Source: an uncultured Actinomycetes bacterium (GTDB lineage: Bacteria > Actinomycetota > Thermoleophilia > UBA2241). From it: 64,000 bases of DNA. A model generated the notes under the pieces. That model made no database searches and had not been told where the DNA came from. It worked only from the letters and a program-made list of their open reading frames with translations. A program made the position numbers and the translations under genes. How positions within the stretch are numbered: the first letter of the stretch is position 1; every line of letters begins with the position of its first letter. Positions 1 through 9,131 of the stretch are shown here, one piece after another. Location of the stretch: the NCBI GenBank assembly GCA_963725665.1, contig CAVRZA010000006.1, forward strand, positions 514,069-578,068, given 5' to 3'.

Positions 1-374
1 CGTTCACCCGCCGTAGTCCGGCCGCGGCGAGTTCAGCGGCGAAGCGCGGCAGGAGCAGACCGTTCGTCGTGAGTGAGAGATCCGCGACGCCTTCGAGCGC
101 GGCCAGCATGCGCACGAGATCGACCACTCCCCGCCGCACGAGCGGCTCCCCGCCGGTGATACGCACCTTGCTGATCCCCACCTCGACGGCCGCACGAGCC
201 ACCGCCTCGAGCTCCTCGTAGGAAAGGATCTCGCTGTGGTCCCGCGCGGGCACGCCCTCCGGCGGCATGCAGTACGTGCAGCGCAGATTGCAGCGGTCGG
301 TGACCGACAGACGCAGGTAGTCGACGCGCGAGTCGCGCGCGTCGTAGACCGGAGTGCAGAGGAACGCGGTCCAT
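1..374 (-). CDS. moaA: GTP 3',8-cyclase MoaA, N-terminal part (runs off the window; 1-nt frameshift just after the ATG)
   Basis: Manual translation of the minus strand gives VDYLRLSVTDRCNLRCTYCMPPEG...KVRITGGEPLVR...LSLTTNG, i.e. the CxxxCxxC motif and MoaA signatures. It is absent from the ORF track. The ATG at 374 is one base out of frame. Confidence 0.9.
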
Positions 375-440
375 AGCAGGCAAGATGCGGGGTCGACCCG
401 CCCCCATAGTGTACCGCGCCGGCGCCGCGGCGTCAGCGGC

Positions 441-644
441 TCACTTCATGACCATGACCTCGGTCGCCTTGATGACGGCTGTGACCGAGTCGCCCTCCTT
501 GATGGCGAGGCTTTCCACCGAGTGCCGCGTGATGGCGGACACGACCTCCTGCCCGCCGACGTCGATGACGACTTCGGCCATCACCGCACCGAGAGTGACA
601 CTCTTGACCGTCCCCTGCAGCTGGTTGCGCGCGCTGATGGGCAT
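441..644 (-). CDS. mop: Molybdate/tungstate-binding TOBE protein (Mop/ModG, molbindin)
   Basis: MPISARNQLQGTV...SAITRHSVESLAIKEGDSVTAVIKATEVMV is the Mop signature; GGAGGG RBS upstream. Confidence 0.93.
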   Translation of the reverse strand: MPISARNQLQGTVKSVTLGAVMAEVVIDVGGQEVVSAITRHSVESLAIKEGDSVTAVIKATEVMVMK

Positions 645-776
645 GATTCCCTCCTTCCGGACCTTCGCGGAACATCGTACCTACCCTCGGGTATGGCCCC
701 CGCCGGGCCACCCCAAACGCGGTCCTCGCGTCAGCCGAACGGCGGCAGGACACCGGCCTGCGGTAAGATGCCGGTC

Positions 777-1202
777 GTGAAGACTCGTGTGCTCACCGTC
801 CTCCTTCTCGTCGCCCTGGCGTTGCTGGCGACAGGTTGTAGCGCCGGTTCGAGCTCTGCCGAGAAGCCGGCGGCCGTCGACACGCAGCTCGGGCCCGATG
901 AGCCGAACGCGGTAATCAGCTGGAGCGAGGCGTCAAGTAGGGTGGGCCAGGTGATCACGGTCGAGGGACCGATCGTCGCCACCCGTCACCGTGCCGGCAA
1001 GACCCTCCTCATCATGGGCTTCGGAGCCGCGGATCCTGGTCGCTTTGTGGTCGTCATCCCCAACTCGTTGAAGAAGGCCTTTCCAGAGCCTCCCGCCGCT
1101 TTCTTCGCCGATCGCCTCGTCCGTGTGCAGGGCAGGATCGTCGACGACGGCGGCGTGCCGTCCATCACTGTCACGAGCGCCAAGAAGATACGCGCGGAGT
1201 AG
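777..1202 (+). CDS. Lipoprotein with an OB-fold-like domain
   Basis: Hydrophobic signal peptide with lipobox LATGC, followed by EASSRVGQVITVEG...VRVQGRI (OB-fold-like). The GTG start lies 7 nt after a TAAGAT -10 box. Confidence 0.65.
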   Translation: MKTRVLTVLLLVALALLATGCSAGSSSAEKPAAVDTQLGPDEPNAVISWSEASSRVGQVITVEGPIVATRHRAGKTLLIMGFGAADPGRFVVVIPNSLKKAFPEPPAAFFADRLVRVQGRIVDDGGVPSITVTSAKKIRAE

Positions 1203-1229
1203 TCCTTAGTCGAGAACTCGTACCCCACC

Positions 1230-2327
1230 TCAGCCGCGACGCGGGATGGAGGAGTGCTTGAGCAGGACGACCGCCCCGCCTTCAGGCCTCGAGGAGTGGT
1301 CAAAGGACGCGAACCTATGCAACCGCCGGGCCATAATCGGACCCGGAGCCGCCAGCGCGGCGACGACGATCAGGGCGAACACCAGGTAGAGGTCGTCGCG
1401 AGAGCCCGCGGAGGAAGCGGCGACCTCTTGGCCGGCTCCTCCGGCGCCCGACGCCTGCCCCGCGTCCACAGGGGAGAGCGACGCGATGGGAAACCCACTG
1501 ACCCATGTACCGGGCTCGCCCGCGGCGGCGGGAGCCTTGACGGGCGATGTCGTCGAGGCGCCCACAGCCCCGCCGCCCTGATTGTTGGCCGACCCGTCGC
1601 CGCTGCCGTTCCCGCCGCCTGATCCGGACCCGCTCCCACTCCCAGCACCGGAGCCACCTCCATCGTTGCCCAGCCCGCTCTCGCCCGAGGGGGGATTCTC
1701 CGCGGCGCTGTGCGTCGGCTTTGGCTTCCGCGTGGGCTTTGGGCTGGGCTTCTCGGGAGGGACGTAGTCCCTGTGCCACACCCGGATGTCGGAGATGAGG
1801 AGCGGCGACGACAGCGTCACCAGCAGCGGTGGCGAGGCCGCCGGTGCCGGCTGGTTGAGCGTGAAGCGCAGCCTGAGCGTGATGCCCCGGCCGTGCGCGA
1901 CCAGGTCAATCGCCTGCAGCTGGACCCCAGCCTGGCCGCTGGGTGTCTGCCCGGACCCCGCGTTGAACCAGTGGTCGCCGCCATCGAGGCTGTAGGAGAT
2001 GAACAGGTTCCAGGCTCCGCGGTCCAGCGAGTCACTCTGGTAGCTCCACTGGAGGGCGGTGAACTGCTGTTCGCGCAGGCCGGGGTCCATGCTCAGGACC
2101 TCCGTGAACGCGTCCGCTGTGTACGGGAGGTCCGAGGGGGGCTTGGCCGGAGCGAAGGCGAGGACCTGCTGCCCCGTGCCTGCGTCGAGCGTAAGGCCGT
2201 CCGCCTCCGGCGTGACGATCAAGAACGGACCGCTCAGTTCGTCCGCCGCGGCGAACGGCGGCGTAGCCAGCAGGAGGAACGACGCGAGCGCCGTGAGGGT
2301 GGCGAGCAACACCGCGAGCCGCCTCAT
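1230..2327 (-). CDS. Secreted protein with Pro/Lys- and Gly/Ser-rich linker and C-terminal membrane anchor, function unknown
   Basis: Signal peptide, beta-rich domain containing SYSLDGGDHW (Asp-box-like), GS-rich linker, then a TM helix followed by RR. Its start overlaps the tupC stop (ATGA). Confidence 0.7.
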   Translation of the reverse strand: MRRLAVLLATLTALASFLLLATPPFAAADELSGPFLIVTPEADGLTLDAGTGQQVLAFAPAKPPSDLPYTADAFTEVLSMDPGLREQQFTALQWSYQSDSLDRGAWNLFISYSLDGGDHWFNAGSGQTPSGQAGVQLQAIDLVAHGRGITLRLRFTLNQPAPAASPPLLVTLSSPLLISDIRVWHRDYVPPEKPSPKPTRKPKPTHSAAENPPSGESGLGNDGGGSGAGSGSGSGSGGGNGSGDGSANNQGGGAVGASTTSPVKAPAAAGEPGTWVSGFPIASLSPVDAGQASGAGGAGQEVAASSAGSRDDLYLVFALIVVAALAAPGPIMARRLHRFASFDHSSRPEGGAVVLLKHSSIPRRG

Positions 2328-3436
2328 GGCCGCCTGCCCTCACCGTGTCCGCGCGACACCACCTGGATCGCGGTCGCCTTGACCGCCGCATACAGCTCCT
2401 GTCCCTGGCCCACCCCCAGATCCTCGCAGGCGGCCCGGGTCACGAGAGCATCCATCCGCCCACCCTCCCACCCCAGGGTGACCAGCATGGACCGTCCGGC
2501 CGGCCGGATACTCCTCACCTCAGCCTCGACGATGTTGCGCAGGCTCGTTCCCAAGTCGGGAGGACGCTCCACGAAGAGGATGACGTCCTCAGGATGGATG
2601 CAGGCGAAGGCCGGTCCCGGCTCGGCCTGGGAACAGGTGAGACTGGCACCCCCAGGAAGCACGAATCGGGAAGCCCCCGCCAGCCCGTTCTCGATCACGC
2701 CTTCCAGCCACACGTCGATGCCGAGATAGTCGGCGACCGCCGACGAGGCCGGGCTGTCGAAGACCTGGGCGCGGCTGCCCTCCTGCAGCACGCGCCCTTC
2801 GGCGAGGAAGGTGACGCGGTCGGCGACCGTGAGGGCCTCTTCGGTGTCGTGCGTCACCCAGAGGACGGCCATCGAGAGGCTGGCGAAGATCCGCTGCAGG
2901 TCGGCGAGGAGCGCGCGTCGCATCGGCGGATCGAGCGAAGCCATCGGCTCGTCGAGGAAGAGCGCGGCCGGCTCGACCGACAGGGCGCGCGCGATGCTCA
3001 CGCGTTGCGCCTCGCCGCCCGACAGCCCAGTCCTGCGCCGATCGGAGAGGTGGCCGATGCCCAGGAGCTCCAGGGCTGCGGCTGCGCGGCGATGAAGGTC
3101 CTTGCCGCGCACGCCGCGCAGCCGCAGCGCGCTCTCGACGTTGCCGCGTACCGTCGTCGACAGGAGGTAGGCGTGCTGGAAGACCGCAGCCGTGCGGCGG
3201 CGTAGCCGCAGGCGATCGCCGCCGCTGCGTACTTCCTGGCCCTCGAAGTGCAACAGCCCCTGCGCCGGCTCGAGGCCGTTGAGCGCACGCAGCAGCGTGG
3301 TCTTGCCGGCGCCGTTCGGGCCCAGCAGCACGTGCACCTCGCCCCGCTCGAGCGTGAAACGCTCGACGCGCACCAGCTCCTTGCCGTCGCGGACGACGGC
3401 GAGGTCGTGGGCCTCGATGATGGGTCCGTCGGTCAT
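2324..3436 (-). CDS. tupC: Tungstate ABC transporter ATP-binding subunit with C-terminal TOBE domain
   Basis: GPNGAGKT, LSGGEAQR and LFLDEP motifs; C-terminal TSLRN...AVKATAI TOBE domain; in operon with tupA and tupB. Confidence 0.85.
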   Translation of the reverse strand: MTDGPIIEAHDLAVVRDGKELVRVERFTLERGEVHVLLGPNGAGKTTLLRALNGLEPAQGLLHFEGQEVRSGGDRLRLRRRTAAVFQHAYLLSTTVRGNVESALRLRGVRGKDLHRRAAAALELLGIGHLSDRRRTGLSGGEAQRVSIARALSVEPAALFLDEPMASLDPPMRRALLADLQRIFASLSMAVLWVTHDTEEALTVADRVTFLAEGRVLQEGSRAQVFDSPASSAVADYLGIDVWLEGVIENGLAGASRFVLPGGASLTCSQAEPGPAFACIHPEDVILFVERPPDLGTSLRNIVEAEVRSIRPAGRSMLVTLGWEGGRMDALVTRAACEDLGVGQGQELYAAVKATAIQVVSRGHGEGRRP

Positions 3437-4137
3437 CAGGCGAACCGCGCTCCCCGCTGCTGGACGATGGTCATCGCGTAGTTGGTCGAGAAGCTCAGGA
3501 GCAGCAGCACGACGGCCAGGGCGATGGCAGTGGCGAACTCTCCCATTCCTACATACTGGACGATGCCCGTAGTGAGCACCTGTGTCTGCCCCTTGATGTT
3601 CCCCCCAACGATCATCACCGCACCGACCTCTGAGATCACGCCGCCGAAGGCCGCCATGACCGCGGCCATCAGCGCCACGCGGATCTCACGCAGGAGGAGC
3701 AGGAAGGTACGCCAGCGCCCGGCACCCAGGGCCATGATCTGCAGCCTGAACCCCTGGTCGAGCTGCTGCAGCGCGGCCAGCGACAAGCCGGCGACGATCG
3801 GGAGGGCGATGAGGACCTGCGCGATGATCATCGCCTGCACGGTGTACATGAGGGCGAGGTCACCGAGGGGTCCGCTGCGCCACAGGAAGAGCGCCACCAC
3901 GAGGCCGACGACGACGGGCGGGACGCCCATCCCGGTGTTGACAACGGCCACCAGGAGACGCCGGCCGGGGAAGTGCCTCAGAGCAAGGATGGCACCGAGA
4001 GGTACGCCGAAGACGAGCGCGAAGGCGAGAGCGCTGAACGACACTTCGAGGGAGCGCAGTGCGATCTCGAGGACTTCCCGGTCACCCCCGACCAGCAGGC
4101 GCAGGGCCTGGTAGAGACCCTGGAAGATCAGGTCCAC
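3436..4137 (-). CDS. tupB: Tungstate ABC transporter permease
   Basis: NTGMGVPPVVVGL...ISEVGAVMIVGGNIKGQTQVLTT matches TupB; GTG start after AAAGGAG. Confidence 0.9.
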   Translation of the reverse strand: MDLIFQGLYQALRLLVGGDREVLEIALRSLEVSFSALAFALVFGVPLGAILALRHFPGRRLLVAVVNTGMGVPPVVVGLVVALFLWRSGPLGDLALMYTVQAMIIAQVLIALPIVAGLSLAALQQLDQGFRLQIMALGAGRWRTFLLLLREIRVALMAAVMAAFGGVISEVGAVMIVGGNIKGQTQVLTTGIVQYVGMGEFATAIALAVVLLLLSFSTNYAMTIVQQRGARFA

Positions 4138-4194
4138 TTGGCGTCTCCTTTCCATCGCTCCAGGGCCCAAAGGACGTCGCGCCACCCAAGATGG

Positions 4195-4234
4195 GGGCGG
4201 CGGGCGCCCTTCACCTGAAGAGCGCCCGCCGCCC
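4195..4234. terminator. GC-rich stem-loop between tupA and tupB (attenuator or mRNA stabiliser)
   Basis: GGGCGGCGGGCGCCCTTCA-CC-TGAAGAGCGCCCGCCGCCC. Confidence 0.55.
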
Positions 4235-4287
4235 GGTCACGCCGTACGAGCCCGCTTCCCGCTCCGCAGGCTCGTTGTGATCTCAGC

Positions 4288-5268
4288 TCACGGAGCGGGT
4301 GTCGCGGGCGGGACCACCGTCTGGCTCACGACATAGGAGTTCGGGAAGAACAACTGCACGTTCTTCACCTTGTAGGCGGCGATTGCCTTCTGTCCGTTGG
4401 AGCTTGCGAGCCACTCGGCGAGGAACTCCGCCCCGGTGCTGTTCACGTCGTTGTGCTGGGCCTGATTGACGAGGTCGATCGAGTACTGGTTCTTCAGATC
4501 GGCGGTGCTCGTCAGAAGCCTGCGAAGAGGCGGGGCGAGCGGATCGACACCGGGCCCGCCGTACCTGTTCTTGATCCAGGTGGACATATCGGTGAGCGTG
4601 TACGCACCGTTGCCCTTGTTGGCGTTCGCTGTCACTTCCAGCGTCTGCAGCATGCCCTGCCCGGTCATGATGTACCAGGCGGGAGGATTCGCGGGGTCGA
4701 TCGTGATGCCGGCCGCCTGCCAGATCGCCAACTCCTTCTTGTTCGTGCCGGAATTGTCGCCGCGGGAGACGAAGGCCACTTTGCCCGTCTTGGCGCCCCA
4801 CGCTGCGATCTTCTTGAAGGCTGCGACGGCGGAATGCGTGGCCGAAACGCCCGCCGGGTCGCGCTTGAGGGTCGTGTTCCACGGGCCGACGACCGTGAAG
4901 TAGTTGTAGGCGATGGGCAGGCGCATCGTCAGGTCGCCCGAGGCCAAGAGGGCCTTCTCGTCGGGCGGCGCGTGCACGATGATGACGTCGCAGTTGCCAG
5001 CTGCCGCGGCGGCAAGGGCCTGACCCGAGCCCACCGAGATGATCTGCACGTCGATGCCCGGGTAGCGGGCCTCCCAGAGGGGCAGCAGGTAGTCGAGCAG
5101 ACCGGAGTCATTGACGCTGGTCGTTGTCTCGAGGATCAGCTTGCTGTAGGTCGGCGCCTGCAGCACCTGGCCCTGCTGTGTTGCGAAGCCTGTGGCGGCG
5201 CCGATCGCCAGGACGGCGACGGCGACCACGAGCAGGCTCGCGACGATCAGTCTCTTGCGGTGAACCAT
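4288..5268 (-). CDS. tupA: Tungstate ABC transporter substrate-binding protein
   Basis: TTTSVNDSGLL, VGSGQAL, VHAP, FVSRGDNSGT and AYTLTD motifs of TupA; signal peptide. Confidence 0.92.
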   Translation of the reverse strand: MVHRKRLIVASLLVVAVAVLAIGAATGFATQQGQVLQAPTYSKLILETTTSVNDSGLLDYLLPLWEARYPGIDVQIISVGSGQALAAAAAGNCDVIIVHAPPDEKALLASGDLTMRLPIAYNYFTVVGPWNTTLKRDPAGVSATHSAVAAFKKIAAWGAKTGKVAFVSRGDNSGTNKKELAIWQAAGITIDPANPPAWYIMTGQGMLQTLEVTANANKGNGAYTLTDMSTWIKNRYGGPGVDPLAPPLRRLLTSTADLKNQYSIDLVNQAQHNDVNSTGAEFLAEWLASSNGQKAIAAYKVKNVQLFFPNSYVVSQTVVPPATPAP

Positions 5269-5372
5269 GGCTCCTCCAACGGACGGTTACGGTCCTCATC
5301 CGAGACGCTCGGCCACGGGAGAATGGGGGGCAGGAGACCAGCACAGCGGGCGTGATACGAGCGGACCATCTG

Positions 5373-5474
5373 CCTCTCCTTTCCACGCTGGGAGACACGG
5401 CGCTTTCGCGCTGTACCCTGCCGGCGCAAGCTCCATAGGCCCTCGGACCCTTAGGACTCAAGCGCTCGGAGAGG
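5373..5474 (-). ncRNA. Moco-motif riboswitch, P3-less (tungsten cofactor, Wco/Tuco-type) variant
   Basis: Reverse complement reads CCUCUCCGAGCGCUUGAGUCCUAAGGGUCCGAGGGCCUAUGGAGCUUGCGCCGGCAGGGUACAGCGCGAAAGCGCCGUGUCUCCCAGCGUGGAAAGGAGAGG. It has P1 CCUCUCC/GGAGAGG, CCUAA...UAUGG, AGGGU, a GAAA tetraloop, CUCCC and UGGAAAGGAG, and lies upstream of tupABC. Confidence 0.88.
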
Positions 5475-5513
5475 GCTCAAACGTTAGCGCACGACGAGAG
5501 GACCAGTCAACCG

Positions 5514-5560
5514 GCAGGCGGGGCGGGGAAGGCCTTCACGGCCTTCCCCGCCCCGCCTGC
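5514..5560. terminator. Perfect 21-bp hairpin downstream of the aldehyde dehydrogenase pair
   Basis: GCAGGCGGGGCGGGGAAGGCC-TTCAC-GGCCTTCCCCGCCCCGCCTGC. Confidence 0.7.
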
Positions 5561-5614
5561 GGCTGGACGCGTACCCAGGCTGTCAGTCTGGCGGAGCGCC
5601 GGCCAGGAGCGTGC

Positions 5615-7120
5615 TCACGGCCCCATCCCGTCGCGACGGGGTGCGTCGAGCGGCGAGTGGCCCGTCTCCCATTCCATCTCGCGGATGGCGACCATCTTCA
5701 GCTCGGTCATCTCGTGGATGGCATACTTGACGCCCTCGCGTCCCATCCCCGACCCCTTGATGCCGCCGTACGGCATGTGGTCCACGCGGAAGGTGGGCAC
5801 CTCGTTGATCATCACGCCGCCCACCTCGAGGTGCTTGGCGGCGTAGAGGGCCTTGTTGATGTCGTTGGTGAAGATCCCCGCCTGCAGACCCATCTCGCTG
5901 TCGTTGGAGATCTCGATGGCCTCGTAGAGGTCGCGCGCCTTCATGATGGAGATGACCGGGCCGAACACCTCGCGCGCGCAGACCTTCATCTCGGGCTCGA
6001 CGTCCGTCAGCACTGTGGGCCGCAGACGACCGTCGGCATCGACGCCTCCGGTGGCGAGCGTCGCGCCCTGATCGAGCGCCTCCCGGACCCACGCCTGCAC
6101 GCGCTCGGCCTCGGACGCGCTGATGAGCGCGGCGACGTCGGTCGTATCATCGAGCGGGTCGCCGACCTTGAGCGCCGCGACCGCCGGCACAAGCTCGTCC
6201 ATGAACTCGTCGTAGACGCGCTCATGGACCACGACCCGCTGCACCGAGATGCAGGTCTGGCCGGAGTTGGAGAAGCCGCCAGCCACGATGCGCTGCACGG
6301 CCAGGTCGAGGTTCGCGTCCTCGTCGACGATCGTCGCCGAGTTGTTGCCGAGCTCGAGGGTCACCATCTTCATGCCGGCGTCGCCGGCGATCTGGCGTCC
6401 CACAGGCGGGCTGCCGGTGAAGCTCACCATGTTGACGCGCTCGTCCTTCACCAGCTTCGTGCCCAGCGTGCTGCCCGGACCGACGACCACCTGCAGCACG
6501 TCGTCGGGCAACCCGGCCTCCTCGAGGAGCTCCGAGAGGAAGAGCGCCGTGAGCGGCGTCGTCGAGGCCGGCTTGAGCACGACGACGTTCGCGGCCGCCA
6601 GCGCCGGCGCGACCTTATGAGCCACCAGGTTGAGGGGGAAGTTGAACGGCGAGATGGCAAGGACGACGCCGCGCGGCTCACGGATCGTCCACCCGAAACG
6701 GTTCTCACCCGAGGCGTCGGCGTCCATCTGCACGATCTCGCCGCCCGTGCGCTTGGCCTCCTCGCTCGCCCAGCGGAAGGTCGACGCGCCGCGCCTGGCC
6801 TCGACGCGCGCGTCCTTGAGCGGCTTGCCCCCTTCGAGAGCGATGATGTGCGCGATCTTCTCCGCGTTGTCCTCGATCAGGTGCGAGGTCTTCTCGAGGA
6901 TCTGCGCGCGTCGCCAGGCCGGAGTCCAGCGCCAGGTGCCGAGAGCGGCGCGCGCCCGGTCGAGCACCAAGTCGGCCTCGTCGAGGGTGCAGGTGGCGAT
7001 GCGCGCCACCTCGCTGCCGTCCCAGGGGCTGTTGACCACGAGCGGCTCGCCGCTCCCGAGGGGCGGCTTGAGCTTCACGTCGAGGAGCAGGAGCTCCTTG
7101 TTGGTCGTCACCACGTCCAC
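5615..7120 (-). CDS. NAD(P)-dependent aldehyde dehydrogenase
   Basis: ISPFNFP, SFTGS, LELGNN, GQTCIS (catalytic Cys) and EVFGP motifs. Confidence 0.92.
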   Translation of the reverse strand: MDVVTTNKELLLLDVKLKPPLGSGEPLVVNSPWDGSEVARIATCTLDEADLVLDRARAALGTWRWTPAWRRAQILEKTSHLIEDNAEKIAHIIALEGGKPLKDARVEARRGASTFRWASEEAKRTGGEIVQMDADASGENRFGWTIREPRGVVLAISPFNFPLNLVAHKVAPALAAANVVVLKPASTTPLTALFLSELLEEAGLPDDVLQVVVGPGSTLGTKLVKDERVNMVSFTGSPPVGRQIAGDAGMKMVTLELGNNSATIVDEDANLDLAVQRIVAGGFSNSGQTCISVQRVVVHERVYDEFMDELVPAVAALKVGDPLDDTTDVAALISASEAERVQAWVREALDQGATLATGGVDADGRLRPTVLTDVEPEMKVCAREVFGPVISIMKARDLYEAIEISNDSEMGLQAGIFTNDINKALYAAKHLEVGGVMINEVPTFRVDHMPYGGIKGSGMGREGVKYAIHEMTELKMVAIREMEWETGHSPLDAPRRDGMGP

Positions 7121-7160
7121 TGATCGTCCTCCTTCTGTCCCCCGGCCCCCGTCGTGCGTC

Positions 7161-7198
7161 GGCGAGGCGGAGCGGCGCCCGCGCCGCTCCGCCTCGCC
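7161..7198. terminator. Perfect 18-bp intergenic hairpin between the two ALDH genes
   Basis: GGCGAGGCGGAGCGGCGC-CC-GCGCCGCTCCGCCTCGCC. Confidence 0.6.
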
Positions 7199-7212
7199 CG
7201 TGCCGCGTCAGA

Positions 7213-8811
7213 CTACCTGCAGTTCTTGCAGAACTTGACCCACTCGTCGACCTTGCCCTCGTCGTGGATATCGAGCTCAAAAGCACGGAACTCGGTCACG
7301 GGCTTGTGATCGCCCTCGACCTTCTCCTTGCCGCGCTGGTAGACGCCCAGCGGCTGGTCGGTCAAGTCGATGTTGATCTGCTTGAGCTCGCTGTACTCGT
7401 CGAGGCCGTAGGTGCCCAGCTCGCGGCCGATGCCGCTCTGCTTGTAGCCGCCCCACGGGGCCTCGCTGTAGGTTGGATGGTACGTGTTGACCCAGGTGAT
7501 GCCGGCGCGCAGCTTCTTTATCACGCGCATGGCGCGCGTGACGTCCTTCGTCCACACCGCGCCGGCGAGACCGTAGATCGTGTCGTTGGCGATCCGCACG
7601 GCCTCTTCCTCGGTCTCGAACGGGATCACCACCAGCACGGGCCCGAAGATCTCCTCCTGGGCGATCCTCATCTTGTTGTCGACGTCGACGAAGATCGTCG
7701 GCTCGAAGAAGTAGCCCTTCTCGCCGATGCGATGACCGCCGGTGGCGAGCTTGGCGCCCTCGCCGAGGCCGATCTGCACGTACTTCTCGACCGTGCCCAA
7801 CTGCTGCCTGGAGACCAGCGGACCCATCTCGCTGTCTGACTCGAGCGCCGGGCCCACCTTGATGGCCATCGCCCGCGACACCAGCTCGCCGACGAACCTG
7901 TCGTAGATGGAACGCTGCACGATGGCCCGCGAACCCGCCGAGCACACCTCACCGGTGCCGGCGAAGATGCCGATCAGCACGCCGTCGATGGCCGCCTCGA
8001 AATCGGCGTCCTCGAAGACGACGTTGGGGCTCTTGCCGCCGAGCTCGAGGCCGACCTTCTTCACGGTCTCGGCGCCCTGCTTCATGATGTGCTTGCCGAC
8101 CTCGACGCTGCCGGTGAAGGCCACCATGTCGACCTGCGGCGATCTGGCGAGGTAGTCGCCGACCTCGCCGCCGGAGCCGGTCACGACCTGGAAGACGCCC
8201 TCGGGCAGACCGATGTCTTCGAAAGCTCTCGCCAGCTCGAGCGTCGTGATCGGCGACACCGTGGCCGGTTTGAGGATCATCACGTTGCCGGCGGCCAGCG
8301 AGGGCGCCAGCTTCCAGGCGGCCATGAGGATGGGGTAGTTCCAGGGAGTTATGCCTACCGTTACGCCTACCGGCTCACGCACCACCATGCTGAGGCTCTC
8401 GCCCGGCACCTCGAGCGTCTGGCCATGCTGCTCGACGGCGAGGCCGGCGTAGTAGTCGAAGGTGTGCGCGCAGTCGTTCATGTCGAGGAGCGAGTCCTCG
8501 TAGAGCTTGCCCATCTGGCGGCTCTCGAGGCGCGCCCATTCCTCGGCGTGTTCGCGGATCGCGTTGGCGACACGGCGCAGGTATCTGGCGCGGTCCTCTG
8601 CCGTCGTCTTGCCCCACGGCCCCTCATCGAAGGCCTTGCGCGCCGCCTGTATGGCGCGCTCGGCGTCGTCTACCGTGGCCTTCGGTACCCGCGCTACGAC
8701 CTCTTCAGTCGACGGGTCGACTACCTCGCTTGTCTCGCCGCTCGAGGAGTCGACCCACTCGCCGGCGATGAACATCTGGTATGTCCGTACTTCTTCTTTG
8801 ACAGTAGCCAC
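7213..8811 (-). CDS. Aldehyde dehydrogenase, betaine-aldehyde/aminoaldehyde dehydrogenase-like
   Basis: ITPWNYP, AFTGS, LELGGKSP, GEVCSAGSR, EEIFGPV and WGGYKQSGIGRELG motifs. Confidence 0.9.
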   Translation of the reverse strand: MATVKEEVRTYQMFIAGEWVDSSSGETSEVVDPSTEEVVARVPKATVDDAERAIQAARKAFDEGPWGKTTAEDRARYLRRVANAIREHAEEWARLESRQMGKLYEDSLLDMNDCAHTFDYYAGLAVEQHGQTLEVPGESLSMVVREPVGVTVGITPWNYPILMAAWKLAPSLAAGNVMILKPATVSPITTLELARAFEDIGLPEGVFQVVTGSGGEVGDYLARSPQVDMVAFTGSVEVGKHIMKQGAETVKKVGLELGGKSPNVVFEDADFEAAIDGVLIGIFAGTGEVCSAGSRAIVQRSIYDRFVGELVSRAMAIKVGPALESDSEMGPLVSRQQLGTVEKYVQIGLGEGAKLATGGHRIGEKGYFFEPTIFVDVDNKMRIAQEEIFGPVLVVIPFETEEEAVRIANDTIYGLAGAVWTKDVTRAMRVIKKLRAGITWVNTYHPTYSEAPWGGYKQSGIGRELGTYGLDEYSELKQINIDLTDQPLGVYQRGKEKVEGDHKPVTEFRAFELDIHDEGKVDEWVKFCKNCR

Positions 8812-9131
8812 TTTCTCAGCCCTCCTGCCCGGAGACGATTGCTCGGATGCTCGGGGCGGCGCCGGTCACATCGACGGACGTACCCTCGCGGAGCTCAGAA
8901 AGCACCCTCGGGAAACGGGTGCGGGGCGTCGCGACCAGCGCAGCTCGTCCATGCACACATACCCACGGCGCCCGGGGGCGTTAACATCGCGGTCGCAGGG
9001 CAAACTTGCGACCCGCCGCCGGACGGGACGACTCGCTAGCGCAGGAAGGTCGCGCGTAGCGCCGGCGGCGGCGGAAGACGCAGCCGCCGGCAGCCACGAA
9101 CGGCTACGGACGGGACGCTCGAGCTAGAGGA

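Noticed and set aside
4138-4165. Second Moco riboswitch before tupB (TGGAAAGGAGA)
   Set aside because: Only the SD-like 3' motif matches; the CCUAA/UAUGG, AGGGU and CUCCC elements are absent.
5267-7123. Long antisense or alternative-frame ORFs (e.g. 618 aa here, 509 aa at 22091..23620, 480 aa at 23509..24951)
   Set aside because: These are shadow ORFs of well-supported genes, expected in high-GC DNA with few stop codons.
8985-9050. CAGGGCAAAC...GGGACG resembling a c-di-GMP-I riboswitch
   Set aside because: It lacks the GNRA-capped P2 and the GCAAAG/P3 elements, and it faces away from the ALDH gene. It is just a short GGTCGCA/TGCGACC palindrome.
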